Positions 8,669 through 17,633 of a DNA stretch of 64,000 bases are shown here, piece after piece. Origin of the DNA: a virus. Positions within the stretch are counted from its first letter, which is position 1; every line of letters begins with the position of its first letter. Under the pieces are notes generated by a model. The model did not search any database. It saw only the letters and a list, made by a program, of their open reading frames with translations, and had not been told where the DNA came from. Where the stretch lies: the IMG/VR virus record IMGVR_UViG_3300047546_001437, positions 8,667 through 72,666 of that record; one strand, written 5' to 3'. Position numbers and translations under genes: made by a program.

Positions 8669-10450
8669 ATGGCAACAGTAACAAAAGACTTCAAAGTAAA
8701 GAACGGTCTTATTGTTGAAGGCACAACAGGTACCATCAATAACCACGACATTCTTACAAAGAAGACAGACGATCAAAATTATATCGTCAACTTAATTGGT
8801 GGAACAGCCACCTCAGCAAACGAAGCAAACAAGGTTGTAAAGCGTGATGGCTCAGGCAACTTTGCTGCAGGAGTAGTAACAGCAGACCTCGTTGGTGATG
8901 TAACTGGTAATGCAGACACAGCAACAACACTTGAAACATCAAGAAAGATTGAACTTTCTGGAGATGTTACTGGTGAAGTAATGTTTAATGGCTCACAAAA
9001 TGTAGTCATTACAGCAACAATTGATGGATCTTTTGCAACAGATTCAGAAGTTGCTACAGCAAAGTCTGAAGCAATTTCAAGTGCAAATGATTATACAGAT
9101 GATGAAATTGCAGCAGAAGTAACTGCTCGTAATTCAGCAATTGCTACAGCAAAGTCTGAAGCACTTTCAGATGCAGCAGCAGATGCTACCTCAAAGGCTA
9201 ATGCAGCAGAAGCAGCAGCAATCGCTGCAGCAGCAGCAGATGCAACAACTAAGGCTAATGCTGCCGAGGTTGCTGCAAAGGCATACACAGATACTCGTGA
9301 GACTGCTATCACAAATGCATATCAGTCATATGCTAATCAAGCAGAACTTGATGCTATTTCATCAGCAAATGCTTATGCCGATGATAAGATTGCAGATCTT
9401 GTAGATTCTGCTCCAGCACTTCTTGATACACTCAATGAGTTGGCTGCAGCAATTAACGATAATCCAAACTTCTCAACAACAATCGCTACACAGATTGGTG
9501 AAAAGGTTGCTAAGTCTGGAGATACAATGTCTGGCGACCTTAATATGGGAAGCAACAAGGTTACAAGCCTTGCAGCACCAACTGCTAATGGAGATGCAGC
9601 AAACAAACTTTATGTTGATAATGCAGAGCAATCAGCAAAAGATTATGCTGATGACCTTGCATCAAATTATGATGCAGCAGGTTCTGCAGCAGCAGCACAG
9701 GCAGCAGCAGAAACATTTGCTACAAATGCAGATTCAGCACTTTATAATACAGTAACAGGTGATATTGCAACTGCTGTTTCAACTGCATCATCAGATGCTA
9801 CAAATAAAGCAAACACTGCACAATCAAATGCGGAAGCATTTGCTACAAATGCAATTAATGCACTTACAACTTCAGATATTGAAGAAGGTACAAACCAATA
9901 CTTCACATCTAATCGTGCAAAGATTGCAGCAGCACAATTAATCACAAGTGCAACAAAGACAAACATTCAAATCACAGGTGATGAGAATGGACTTACAATT
10001 ACTGCAGAAAATGGTGTTGCAGACTCTACAACATCAGATCTTGCAGAAGGATCAAACCTTTACTTCACAAATGCTCGTGCAGTTTCTGCTCTTGAAGCAG
10101 TAACTCCAGATTTCCCTGCAGTAGAGATTGCTTCCGTAGCAAAGCAGGTAGCGTCACAGGCAACTGTTACAACTGCAAGCACAAACACAGCAGTTTCATG
10201 GGCTAAGGCAGATTATCGTTCTGCTGAATTCCTTGTTAAGATTGCTAATGGAACTCATACAGAAGTTTCAAAGGTTATCCTAACACTTGATACATCAGAT
10301 AATATCGCAGTTACAGAATATGCAATGGTTGGAACAAACGGTTCTCTTGGATCAGTTTCAGCAGATGTTTCTGGAGCGGATGTTCGTCTTCGTGTAACAA
10401 CTGATAACAACAACTCAACAGTTGCTGTTGTTGGAACACTTTTAAAGTAA
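8669..10450 (+). CDS. Tail fibre / long Ala-rich coiled-coil virion protein
   Basis: SD AAGGAG; 'APALLDTLNELAAA' fibre motif; repeated 'DATTKANAA' and 'T.DL.EG.NLYFT..RA'. Confidence 0.7.
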   Translation: MATVTKDFKVKNGLIVEGTTGTINNHDILTKKTDDQNYIVNLIGGTATSANEANKVVKRDGSGNFAAGVVTADLVGDVTGNADTATTLETSRKIELSGDVTGEVMFNGSQNVVITATIDGSFATDSEVATAKSEAISSANDYTDDEIAAEVTARNSAIATAKSEALSDAAADATSKANAAEAAAIAAAAADATTKANAAEVAAKAYTDTRETAITNAYQSYANQAELDAISSANAYADDKIADLVDSAPALLDTLNELAAAINDNPNFSTTIATQIGEKVAKSGDTMSGDLNMGSNKVTSLAAPTANGDAANKLYVDNAEQSAKDYADDLASNYDAAGSAAAAQAAAETFATNADSALYNTVTGDIATAVSTASSDATNKANTAQSNAEAFATNAINALTTSDIEEGTNQYFTSNRAKIAAAQLITSATKTNIQITGDENGLTITAENGVADSTTSDLAEGSNLYFTNARAVSALEAVTPDFPAVEIASVAKQVASQATVTTASTNTAVSWAKADYRSAEFLVKIANGTHTEVSKVILTLDTSDNIAVTEYAMVGTNGSLGSVSADVSGADVRLRVTTDNNNSTVAVVGTLLK

Positions 10451-10479
10451 TAAAATAAAATAAGAGGGAGTGGTAGATC

Positions 10480-10935
10480 TTGGCAACAGTAGATAAAGAT
10501 TTCAAGGTCAAAAACGGACTAGTCGTAAATAACGGCGGTAGTTTTGGAGGTTCAGTAGTAGTTGGAGCACCAACACTTGCTTCACATGCTGCTACCAAAG
10601 AATACGTAGATTCTGTAATAGGCGGAATGGCTGTTGGATCTACCGCTCCTTCTTCACCAGATAATGGTGATTTATGGTTTGATACATTAACAGAAAGAGT
10701 TAATGTATATTATGGTGGCTCTTGGCTAACCATAGCAACAATTGATGATACTTTGAATTTGCCTCAACATATTCACGATACAGCAATTGATGGAACTGGA
10801 TTTATTGTTACAACCTTCCGTGAGGGTGGTAGTTTCAATAGCCCACAGGGCACAGGATTAGATGGTGGAGGACCAGCAAGTACTGTTTGGGCTCAAACAT
10901 TTGACGGTGGCTCACCTGTGGATAACTTCAATTAA
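10480..10935 (+). CDS. Short fibre-associated protein (N-terminus paralogous to 8669)
   Basis: TTG start; MATVDKDFKVKNGL vs MATVTKDFKVKNGL; 'HAATKEYVD' and 'P..P.NGDLWFD' fibre motifs. Confidence 0.65.
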   Translation: MATVDKDFKVKNGLVVNNGGSFGGSVVVGAPTLASHAATKEYVDSVIGGMAVGSTAPSSPDNGDLWFDTLTERVNVYYGGSWLTIATIDDTLNLPQHIHDTAIDGTGFIVTTFREGGSFNSPQGTGLDGGGPASTVWAQTFDGGSPVDNFN

Positions 10936-10942
10936 AAACTGA

Positions 10943-10951
10943 TGTTATAAT
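10943..10951 (+). promoter_or_regulatory. Extended -10 promoter (TGTTATAAT)
   Basis: Upstream of SD AAGGAG and ATG 10994. Confidence 0.65.
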
Positions 10952-10993
10952 AAGATATAAATTCATGGGTAGAACCCATAAGGAGAGATGTAA

Positions 10994-13111
10994 ATGGCAA
11001 CAAGAATGCAACAGCGCAGAGGAACTGCAGCACAATGGACTGCAGCAAATCCAATTTTAGCAGCAGGAGAAATCGGATATGAAACCGACACTGGTAAATT
11101 TAAAATTGGTGACGGTACTAACACTTGGTCTCTCCTCAAGTACTTCCTTAACTTAGAAGCATTAGACATAGATGCAGAGGGCTTTATTACAGATGATCAA
11201 AAAGGCGTTAATAACGGTGTAGCAACACTAGACTCAAATGGTCTTGTTCCAGTTATACAGATGCCAGATCAATATATTACAGATAAAATTATTACAAAAA
11301 TTGGAGAGGTTGTAGGGGCTGCCCCATCAACACTAAATACCCTTAATGAAATTGCAGCAGCATTTGACAACGATCCAAACTATGCAGATACAATTTCTGC
11401 AGCATTAGATTTAAAGGCACCAAAGGCAAGCCCAGCAATTACTGGAACAGCAACATTTGTAAATGCAACATTTAGTGGAGATGTAGATGTTCAAACTATG
11501 CCATTAAATGATAGTTCAACAAGACCTGCTACAACTGCATATGTTTCAGGAAGAATTCAAAATGTTAATACAGTTATATCAACATTAGCATCAGAAATAG
11601 ACGCAAGTCTTGAAACGCTTGGAGCAAACGATGCATCACAGGCAAGTTCTTTAGAAGCGCTTGATGTTCGTTTAGATTCAGCAGAGGCATCAATTACTGG
11701 AAATACAGCATCAATTGCAACAATTAATACAACTCTATCTGACCATACATCAGATATATCAGCATTAGATGTAAGAGTTGACGCAACTGAGTCTGATATT
11801 TCTACAATTAATGCAGATATCACATCTATTGAATCAAATATTGATACAGTAGAAGCAAATATAACAGGAATTCAAAGCGATGTAACAACATTGCAAAATG
11901 ATTTAAATGCTGCAGAAACAGATATCTCAGCATTGCAATCAGGAGCAACAACTACAACATCAACTATTTCAACAATACAAAATAATCTTACATCAATGAG
12001 TACTGAAATAGATGGAATTGATACAAGATTAACAGCAGCCGAAACTGATATTGATGCACTACAAACAAGTGCTACATCAGCAAGTGGACATGCTTCTGCA
12101 ACAACAAATGTTCATGGAATTGCAAATACAGCAGATCTTGCAACAAAGTCTTATGCAGATAATGCTAAGACTGAGGCAATTTCTACTTCAGCAACAGCAA
12201 TTGCCTTAAAGGCAGATATTGCTTCTCCAACATTTACTGGAACAGTAGTTCTTCCAGCAACAACATCTATCGGAACAGTATCTGCAACAGAGATCGGATA
12301 TGTTGATGGTGTAACATCAGCAATTCAAACTCAGTTAGATGCAAAGGCTCCTTTGGCATCACCAGCATTAACTGGTACACCAACTGCTCCTACCGCTACT
12401 GCTGGTACCAATACTACTCAGGTAGCAACTACAGCATTCGTTAAGACTGCCGTTGATAATGTAGTAGCAGCAGCACCTGGTGCACTAGATACTCTTAATG
12501 AGTTAGCAGCAGCACTTGGTAATGATGCAAACTTCTCAACAACATTAACAAACAATTTAGCAGCAAAGGCACCACTTGCTTCTCCAACATTTACTGGAAC
12601 AGTAACATTGCCTTCATCTACAAGTATTGGAAATGTTAGTTCAACAGAAATTGGCTATATTGATGGTGTAACGTCATCAATCCAGACACAATTAGATGCA
12701 AAAGCACCTTCTGCAAGTCCAACACTTACAGGAACAGTTGCTCTTCCAGCAGCATCTTCTGTAACTTTAAATGGTACAGCACTCTCAACAACATTGGCTC
12801 TTAAGGCAGATAATGCAGCAACAATTAACACTATGAGTGGTTCACACACAATTGTTTCTGCAGATGTTAGCAACGTACGTGAAATGAGCAATGGAGGAAC
12901 AATTACAATTCCTTCAGACAACTCTTTCTGGCCAGTAGGAGCAACCATGGATGTTATTCAAACTGGTTCTTCACAAGTAACAATCGGAGCAGGATCTGGA
13001 GTAACATTAAATGCTACACCAGGACTTAAACTTCGTGCACAATGGTCTTCTGCAACAATTCTTAAGAGAGCAGCAAATACATTCGTTGCTCTTGGCGACT
13101 TGTCAGCATAA
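10994..13111 (+). CDS. Tail fibre/spike with Mtd-N-like (major tropism determinant N-terminal) domain, heptad coiled coil and C-terminal adaptor domain
   Basis: 'MQQRRGTAAQWTAANPILAAGEIGYETDTGKFKIGDG'; heptad region; internal duplications 'KAPLASPTFTG..LP..TSIG.VS.TEIGY.DGVTS.IQTQLDAK'. Confidence 0.8.
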   Translation: MATRMQQRRGTAAQWTAANPILAAGEIGYETDTGKFKIGDGTNTWSLLKYFLNLEALDIDAEGFITDDQKGVNNGVATLDSNGLVPVIQMPDQYITDKIITKIGEVVGAAPSTLNTLNEIAAAFDNDPNYADTISAALDLKAPKASPAITGTATFVNATFSGDVDVQTMPLNDSSTRPATTAYVSGRIQNVNTVISTLASEIDASLETLGANDASQASSLEALDVRLDSAEASITGNTASIATINTTLSDHTSDISALDVRVDATESDISTINADITSIESNIDTVEANITGIQSDVTTLQNDLNAAETDISALQSGATTTTSTISTIQNNLTSMSTEIDGIDTRLTAAETDIDALQTSATSASGHASATTNVHGIANTADLATKSYADNAKTEAISTSATAIALKADIASPTFTGTVVLPATTSIGTVSATEIGYVDGVTSAIQTQLDAKAPLASPALTGTPTAPTATAGTNTTQVATTAFVKTAVDNVVAAAPGALDTLNELAAALGNDANFSTTLTNNLAAKAPLASPTFTGTVTLPSSTSIGNVSSTEIGYIDGVTSSIQTQLDAKAPSASPTLTGTVALPAASSVTLNGTALSTTLALKADNAATINTMSGSHTIVSADVSNVREMSNGGTITIPSDNSFWPVGATMDVIQTGSSQVTIGAGSGVTLNATPGLKLRAQWSSATILKRAANTFVALGDLSA

Positions 13112-13116
13112 AACAG

Positions 13117-13125
13117 TAGTATAAT
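13117..13125 (+). promoter_or_regulatory. -10 promoter (TAGTATAAT) heading the 13.15-17.9 kb operon
   Basis: Followed by SD AAGGAG (13135-40) and ATG 13151. Confidence 0.55.
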
Positions 13126-13150
13126 TTAAAAAATAAGGAGATTGATCTAG

Positions 13151-14278
13151 ATGGCACTATCAAGAGGTAAAGGTGGAAGAAACATTAGAAAGGCGTCGGT
13201 GCCTTCCTTTGACCAAACATATACAAGAAGTTCATACCAATCATATTTATCAAGCATTGGTCTGTTTTATTCAGAAAACTCTACCAACACCTCTGATAGT
13301 GGTCTAGATCAGCGCTGGAATTCACAAAATATTGCTCCAGGTACAGTAGTTCCATTTGGAACAACTATTGGTATTAATTACTACATTTATGTATACCCTG
13401 GTTTTAGCCATTATGGTGGTTTCTATCATGGCTTCTATCATGGATTTGGTCACTATGCTGGATTTACACACTATGCAGCATTTAGCCACTATGCTGGTTT
13501 CACACACTATGCAGCATTTGGACACTATGCAGCATTCGGACACTATGCAGCATTCGGACACTATGCTGGATTCTATCATGGTTTCTATCACTCATTTGCA
13601 CACTATTCTTCATTTGCACACTATTCTTCATTTGCACACTACGCAAACTTTAGCCACTACTATAGTGGATTCTCTCATGGTTATGGCGGATTCGGACATG
13701 GTTATGGCGGATTCGGACATGGTTATGGCGGATTCTATCATGGATTCGGACACGGTTATGGCGGATTCGGACACTACGGTGGCTTTGGTGGTGGCGGAGG
13801 TGCCAGAGGCTACTCAATTGGTGGAGAAACTGGTCTATTAAGTCCAACAGGAGTTATCTTGGCTGAAAACTTAAAGGTAGGAGACAAGTTATTAGCACTA
13901 GATATTTCAGAAATAGATATGGCTGGATTTAATCCTTCACAATGGTCTTCAGAAACAATATCTGGAAACGGTATAGTAGAGACAACAGTAGTATCAATTA
14001 ATAGCAGAGTCTCAGATCGTGCTATTGTTATAAATGGAGATATTTACTCTATACATCACTGGATCTTAGCAAGAAAAGATGGCGTTATTAGATTCGTAAG
14101 TTCTTCAGACATAGATACAACATATGAAGTTTATAACTTCCAGACTCTAGACTGGGTCGAGGTTCAGTCTGCTGAAAGTATCGCTTACATTGATAGAGTT
14201 TATACAATTAACTGTGAGCCTTACGATATGTTCTTTACTAACTCAATGTTAGTATATGACCGAGTAGAAACTGACTAA
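13151..14278 (+). CDS. PASTA-like domain + Phe-x-His/Tyr/Gly repeat tract + C-terminal Hint (intein/Hedgehog-like) domain
   Basis: 'VP.F...L.SIGL......SQNIAPGTVVPFGTTI.I' PASTA-like; 22 FxH units; Hint blocks 'SIGGETGLLSPTG...AENLKVGDKL', 'YSIHHWIL', 'VYTINCEPYDMFFTNSMLVYD'. Confidence 0.75.
   Translation: MALSRGKGGRNIRKASVPSFDQTYTRSSYQSYLSSIGLFYSENSTNTSDSGLDQRWNSQNIAPGTVVPFGTTIGINYYIYVYPGFSHYGGFYHGFYHGFGHYAGFTHYAAFSHYAGFTHYAAFGHYAAFGHYAAFGHYAGFYHGFYHSFAHYSSFAHYSSFAHYANFSHYYSGFSHGYGGFGHGYGGFGHGYGGFYHGFGHGYGGFGHYGGFGGGGGARGYSIGGETGLLSPTGVILAENLKVGDKLLALDISEIDMAGFNPSQWSSETISGNGIVETTVVSINSRVSDRAIVINGDIYSIHHWILARKDGVIRFVSSSDIDTTYEVYNFQTLDWVEVQSAESIAYIDRVYTINCEPYDMFFTNSMLVYDRVETD
13403..13790 (+). 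repeat. Degenerate 12/18/21-bp tandem repeats encoding FYHG, FxHYAA/AG/SS and FGHGYGG
   Basis: e.g. GGACACTATGCAGCATTC and GGATTCGGACATGGTTATGGC units read directly. Confidence 0.9.
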
Positions 14279-14279
14279 T

Positions 14280-15026
14280 TTGGCCAGACTACCCAATCAC
14301 GATTACTATTCTGATGAGTGGGCAAACGAACCATTCATAATACCTGATCAATTATTGGCATTACAGCAAAAAAGAATTGGCAGTGCAACACCATATAGCA
14401 TAAGCCCTCAAATTGCAACATTTACTAGAAAGTATAGTGAAAAAATACAAAATGCTCCAGATCACGATGCTGTAGAATTTGCAAAATATGAGGTAGATTG
14501 GCAAAAAGAATATCGTGAGCAAAAACATTTATTTGTTCCGCAAAATCGATGGGCACATGAAGTTGTTGAGCCACCAGTTCACATAAAAGATAATTTATAC
14601 AAAATAAATGTATCTGCTGATGTTTATCCACATTTAGAACCTTTAGAGCATCAGTATGAAGAATCTGGAACAATCATACGTGAAAAAGAATATAGGTTTA
14701 TTACTAGAACACTTTATAAGTATGTGGATGCTACAAAAAATGTTGTTTTGGAAAAGGATTTAGATCCAGAGTGGTGTTCGAGAGTTTATGTTTGGAAAAT
14801 TAGATGGCTACCACAAAAACCAGCAGTTTTAACATTTTTTTCAAATGAGGATATGGTATACTGGAAGACACCAGAAACAATAGTTGATACAAAAGATATT
14901 GCAGAAGATGCACAAGGAGTGATAGACGTGCCAGTTATATTTAAAAAAGGACTTAAGCGCAGTATGCACTACATAAAGCATGATACAACAATACTATATA
15001 TGAAGGTAGATTTTCATGAAGAATAA
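14280..15026 (+). CDS. Hypothetical protein, possibly a diverged member of the family at 15016 and 15732
   Basis: TTG start 1 nt after upstream stop; C-terminal 'VWKIRW...VIFKKG...IKHDTTILYM' echoes 'VWDMRW...FLRKDFEGTIKKGTPIMSI'. Confidence 0.55.
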   Translation: MARLPNHDYYSDEWANEPFIIPDQLLALQQKRIGSATPYSISPQIATFTRKYSEKIQNAPDHDAVEFAKYEVDWQKEYREQKHLFVPQNRWAHEVVEPPVHIKDNLYKINVSADVYPHLEPLEHQYEESGTIIREKEYRFITRTLYKYVDATKNVVLEKDLDPEWCSRVYVWKIRWLPQKPAVLTFFSNEDMVYWKTPETIVDTKDIAEDAQGVIDVPVIFKKGLKRSMHYIKHDTTILYMKVDFHEE

Positions 15027-15732
15027 AACAAACATTATAACATTTATACCTAAAAATGAATTTGTTATAGAGTATACAGATAAACCAGAACCTATGATAA
15101 AAAATCTTCCTTCTTGGTGGAGAAAGGTTCATCCATATGTTAATGGAGAAAAAACTTTACGTAATGGTCAATATAGTGAGACTGTAAAAAAGTGTCCTGG
15201 AATATTAGATTTGCTATCTACAGGATATTTATTAAAAACACCATGCGATATTTTTCTAGATGCAACTGGACCAAAACTAGATTGGCAAGTTCACCATGCA
15301 CACAAAGAATCTGTTACAGTTCATTCTCAACCACAAGTTGAAGGCTGGGATTTTGACAAAAATGATTGGATGGAAGATATATTTAGAATTCATCCAATGT
15401 GGGTAGTAGCAACAGAAAAAGGTTATAGTACTTTATTTGTGCAGCCATCATTTCATACAAGCCTACCATTTGAAATAGTTCCAGCAATTATTGATACAGA
15501 CATGTATCCTTCAGATGGACCATTCTCTATGAGAGTTAAAAGAGGCTTTAAAGGTGTCCTAGAGGCAGGAACTCCACTAGTTCAATGTATTCCTTATAGA
15601 AGAGAAAAGTGGGAAGCAAATATACTTGAAAAGCCAGATTTGAAAGTTTTAAACTCTATACCTTGGAAATTAAGGCATAAGTTTGGCGGGGCATACAAAA
15701 AACTTATGTGGGAAAAGAAGGTGTTTAATTAA
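15016..15732 (+). CDS. DUF6065-like protein (dUTPase-like C-terminal pattern), paralog 1
   Basis: 'LP.WW.K...TVKKCPGILD..STGY', 'W.V.T.KGYS.LF..P', 'IIDTD', 'F.G.LEAGTPLVQCIP.RRE.W'. Confidence 0.6.
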   Translation: MKNKTNIITFIPKNEFVIEYTDKPEPMIKNLPSWWRKVHPYVNGEKTLRNGQYSETVKKCPGILDLLSTGYLLKTPCDIFLDATGPKLDWQVHHAHKESVTVHSQPQVEGWDFDKNDWMEDIFRIHPMWVVATEKGYSTLFVQPSFHTSLPFEIVPAIIDTDMYPSDGPFSMRVKRGFKGVLEAGTPLVQCIPYRREKWEANILEKPDLKVLNSIPWKLRHKFGGAYKKLMWEKKVFN

Positions 15733-16493
15733 TGGATAAATTTGAAGAAAGATATGCAAACCCAGAACCACTTGAAAATTTAAAGGTTCAGTTTTATACA
15801 TCTAATGCATATGTAAATACAACTCCTGGTCCAGTGCCAGCAATTGACAATCTTCCAGAATGGTGGAAGGATCGTCCTATATATCAAAAAAATGATCAAA
15901 TTGATAGACTATCTATCATGAATAATCGTGGTGCAGATGCTGCATCAATTAGTGTAAAGCATTGTATGCCATTTTTTGATGCAATAACTTGTGGATATCA
16001 TTATTTATTGCCAACAGATGTTCATGTTGCAAAAACAGAAGACCCAGATAGACCAGATATTTGGTGGGATGAAGATGCTCCAAGACCAATTGAGATGCGT
16101 GGTCATTTAGAGTTACCAGTTCCATCTGGATGCTATCCAATTCATTTTGTTTGGGATATGAGATGGGGAACAAAGATGCCAGACGGATGGTCTGCAATGA
16201 TCACACACCCTATAGACAGATATGATTTACCATTCTTTACTATGACAGCCATACAGGATTCTGACAGATGGTTTACTGGAAACGTTGTTACCTTCTTTTT
16301 AAGAAAAGATTTTGAAGGTACAATTAAAAAGGGTACACCAATAATGTCAATTATTCCAATAAAAAGAGCAAACTGGAATATGGAAATAGACCATTCCCTA
16401 CAAACTGAGGGTTTATGGGATCTTGAAAGAAAAAGAAATTACATTTATGGATTTTATAAAAAACATAGATGGATCAGAAAGAAATATAGATAG
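15732..16493 (+). CDS. DUF6065-like protein, paralog 2
   Basis: 'LPEWWK...SVKHCMPFFDAITCGY', 'W..K.PDGWS.MITHP', 'IQDSD', 'FEGTIKKGTPIMSIIPIKR..W'; TAATG-coupled. Confidence 0.6.
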   Translation: MDKFEERYANPEPLENLKVQFYTSNAYVNTTPGPVPAIDNLPEWWKDRPIYQKNDQIDRLSIMNNRGADAASISVKHCMPFFDAITCGYHYLLPTDVHVAKTEDPDRPDIWWDEDAPRPIEMRGHLELPVPSGCYPIHFVWDMRWGTKMPDGWSAMITHPIDRYDLPFFTMTAIQDSDRWFTGNVVTFFLRKDFEGTIKKGTPIMSIIPIKRANWNMEIDHSLQTEGLWDLERKRNYIYGFYKKHRWIRKKYR

Positions 16494-16501
16494 GATAAAT
16501 A

Positions 16502-17164
16502 ATGGAAAAACATTACGAATATGGTGATGCTAATCAACCAAGTAATAGCAAGTCTACTAAAGAGCATAAATTCTTCGATAGAAATATAGAGATTAATAAT
16601 CTTGAACAACTTGAGAAATTATTAATTACTCAATATGAAAGAATTAATCGTGGAGAGATTATTAAGGGGAACAAAAATGAGCATACCCCTTGGGATCAAT
16701 CTGGTAGTGCAACTACAATAAATTGGAATAAGTATAATGTCTTTCAATTCTATGATGAGAATATCTATACTCTTTTCAGAGCGGTAAGAGACATGACAGT
16801 TGATGCTTGTCAGCATTATGAATTAGATTTTATAAAAGAACAATTTTATGTTCAGGGATGGTTCAATGTTAACTATAACCATATTGGAAAGTTAGATTGG
16901 CATGAACATGGTGGAGAAGGTGCACCACATTTCCATGGCTATTATTGTGTAAAGGCAGAGCCATCTAAAACTCATTATAGAGTTTTTGAAAAAGAAATTG
17001 AAGTAAATAATAAAAATAACCGTGCCATTCTTTCAGAAACTGGCCATCCTCACGCAATGGGTGACTGGGATTGGGATGGACCAAGAATCACAATAGCATA
17101 TGACGTAATTCCACTAAGATTTATACCAAAAGAGTGGGAACAACACTGGATACCACTAATCTAA
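16502..17164 (+). CDS. 2OG-Fe(II) oxygenase-like (double-stranded beta-helix) protein
   Basis: 'QGWFNVN...WHEH...FHGYYCV...HPHAM......RITIAYD': HxH, distal His and RxT 2OG-binding pattern. Confidence 0.7.
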   Translation: MEKHYEYGDANQPSNSKSTKEHKFFDRNIEINNLEQLEKLLITQYERINRGEIIKGNKNEHTPWDQSGSATTINWNKYNVFQFYDENIYTLFRAVRDMTVDACQHYELDFIKEQFYVQGWFNVNYNHIGKLDWHEHGGEGAPHFHGYYCVKAEPSKTHYRVFEKEIEVNNKNNRAILSETGHPHAMGDWDWDGPRITIAYDVIPLRFIPKEWEQHWIPLI

Positions 17165-17174
17165 GGAGGAAGTT

Positions 17175-17288
17175 ATGGACGTAAGAATAGAAATTGCTGG
17201 TCAATATCAGTTCACTGTTATTAAAGAACTAGCAGATCTTCTGGCTAAAGAATGCCCAGATACAGTTAAACTTGTCATTGAGGAATAA
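17175..17288 (+). CDS. 37-aa small protein (MDVRIEIAGQYQFTVIKELADLLAKECPDTVKLVIEE), missed by ORF track
   Basis: Strong SD AAGGAGG; fills the gap between flanking genes. Confidence 0.6.
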   Translation: MDVRIEIAGQYQFTVIKELADLLAKECPDTVKLVIEE

Positions 17289-17291
17289 TTA

Positions 17292-17633
17292 ATGCGTATA
17301 GCATCTTTAACTTTCTTAATGCTATTAGTATCTTTGATGGTAGGTTTAGTGATCTATAAATATACTATAGACACAAGACTTACCATTAAAGAACTAAAAA
17401 AAGATCGTGATACCTATAGAAATAATATTTGGAATTTCATGAAGGGTATGGATAAAGAAAGAAAACGTATGGAACAAATAAATGAACAAACAAATAATTT
17501 GGCCTATACTAATTTAAAGAAAAAGATTAAAAAACTTCATGATGACATAGAGGATACAGATTTTACAACTTTTGAAAATGTAAAAGAAGAAATTTTGTCT
17601 TCATTAAAGGATATAGACTCATATGGCGATTAG
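17292..17633 (+). CDS. Membrane-anchored coiled-coil protein
   Basis: N-terminal hydrophobic helix followed by charged helical region. Confidence 0.6.
   Translation: MRIASLTFLMLLVSLMVGLVIYKYTIDTRLTIKELKKDRDTYRNNIWNFMKGMDKERKRMEQINEQTNNLAYTNLKKKIKKLHDDIEDTDFTTFENVKEEILSSLKDIDSYGD

Noticed and set aside
10994-13111. Diversity-generating retroelement suggested by the Mtd-N domain
   Set aside because: No reverse transcriptase, no template/variable repeat pair differing at adenines and no C-type lectin C-terminus in the window; internal repeats are ordinary fibre duplications
13403-13790. CRISPR-like array
   Set aside because: Repeats are contiguous, in-frame and coding, with no unique spacers; the same applies to 3622-3729
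13814-14278. Mobile intein with homing endonuclease
   Set aside because: No endonuclease insert, no terminal HN and no C-extein; treated as a stand-alone Hint domain
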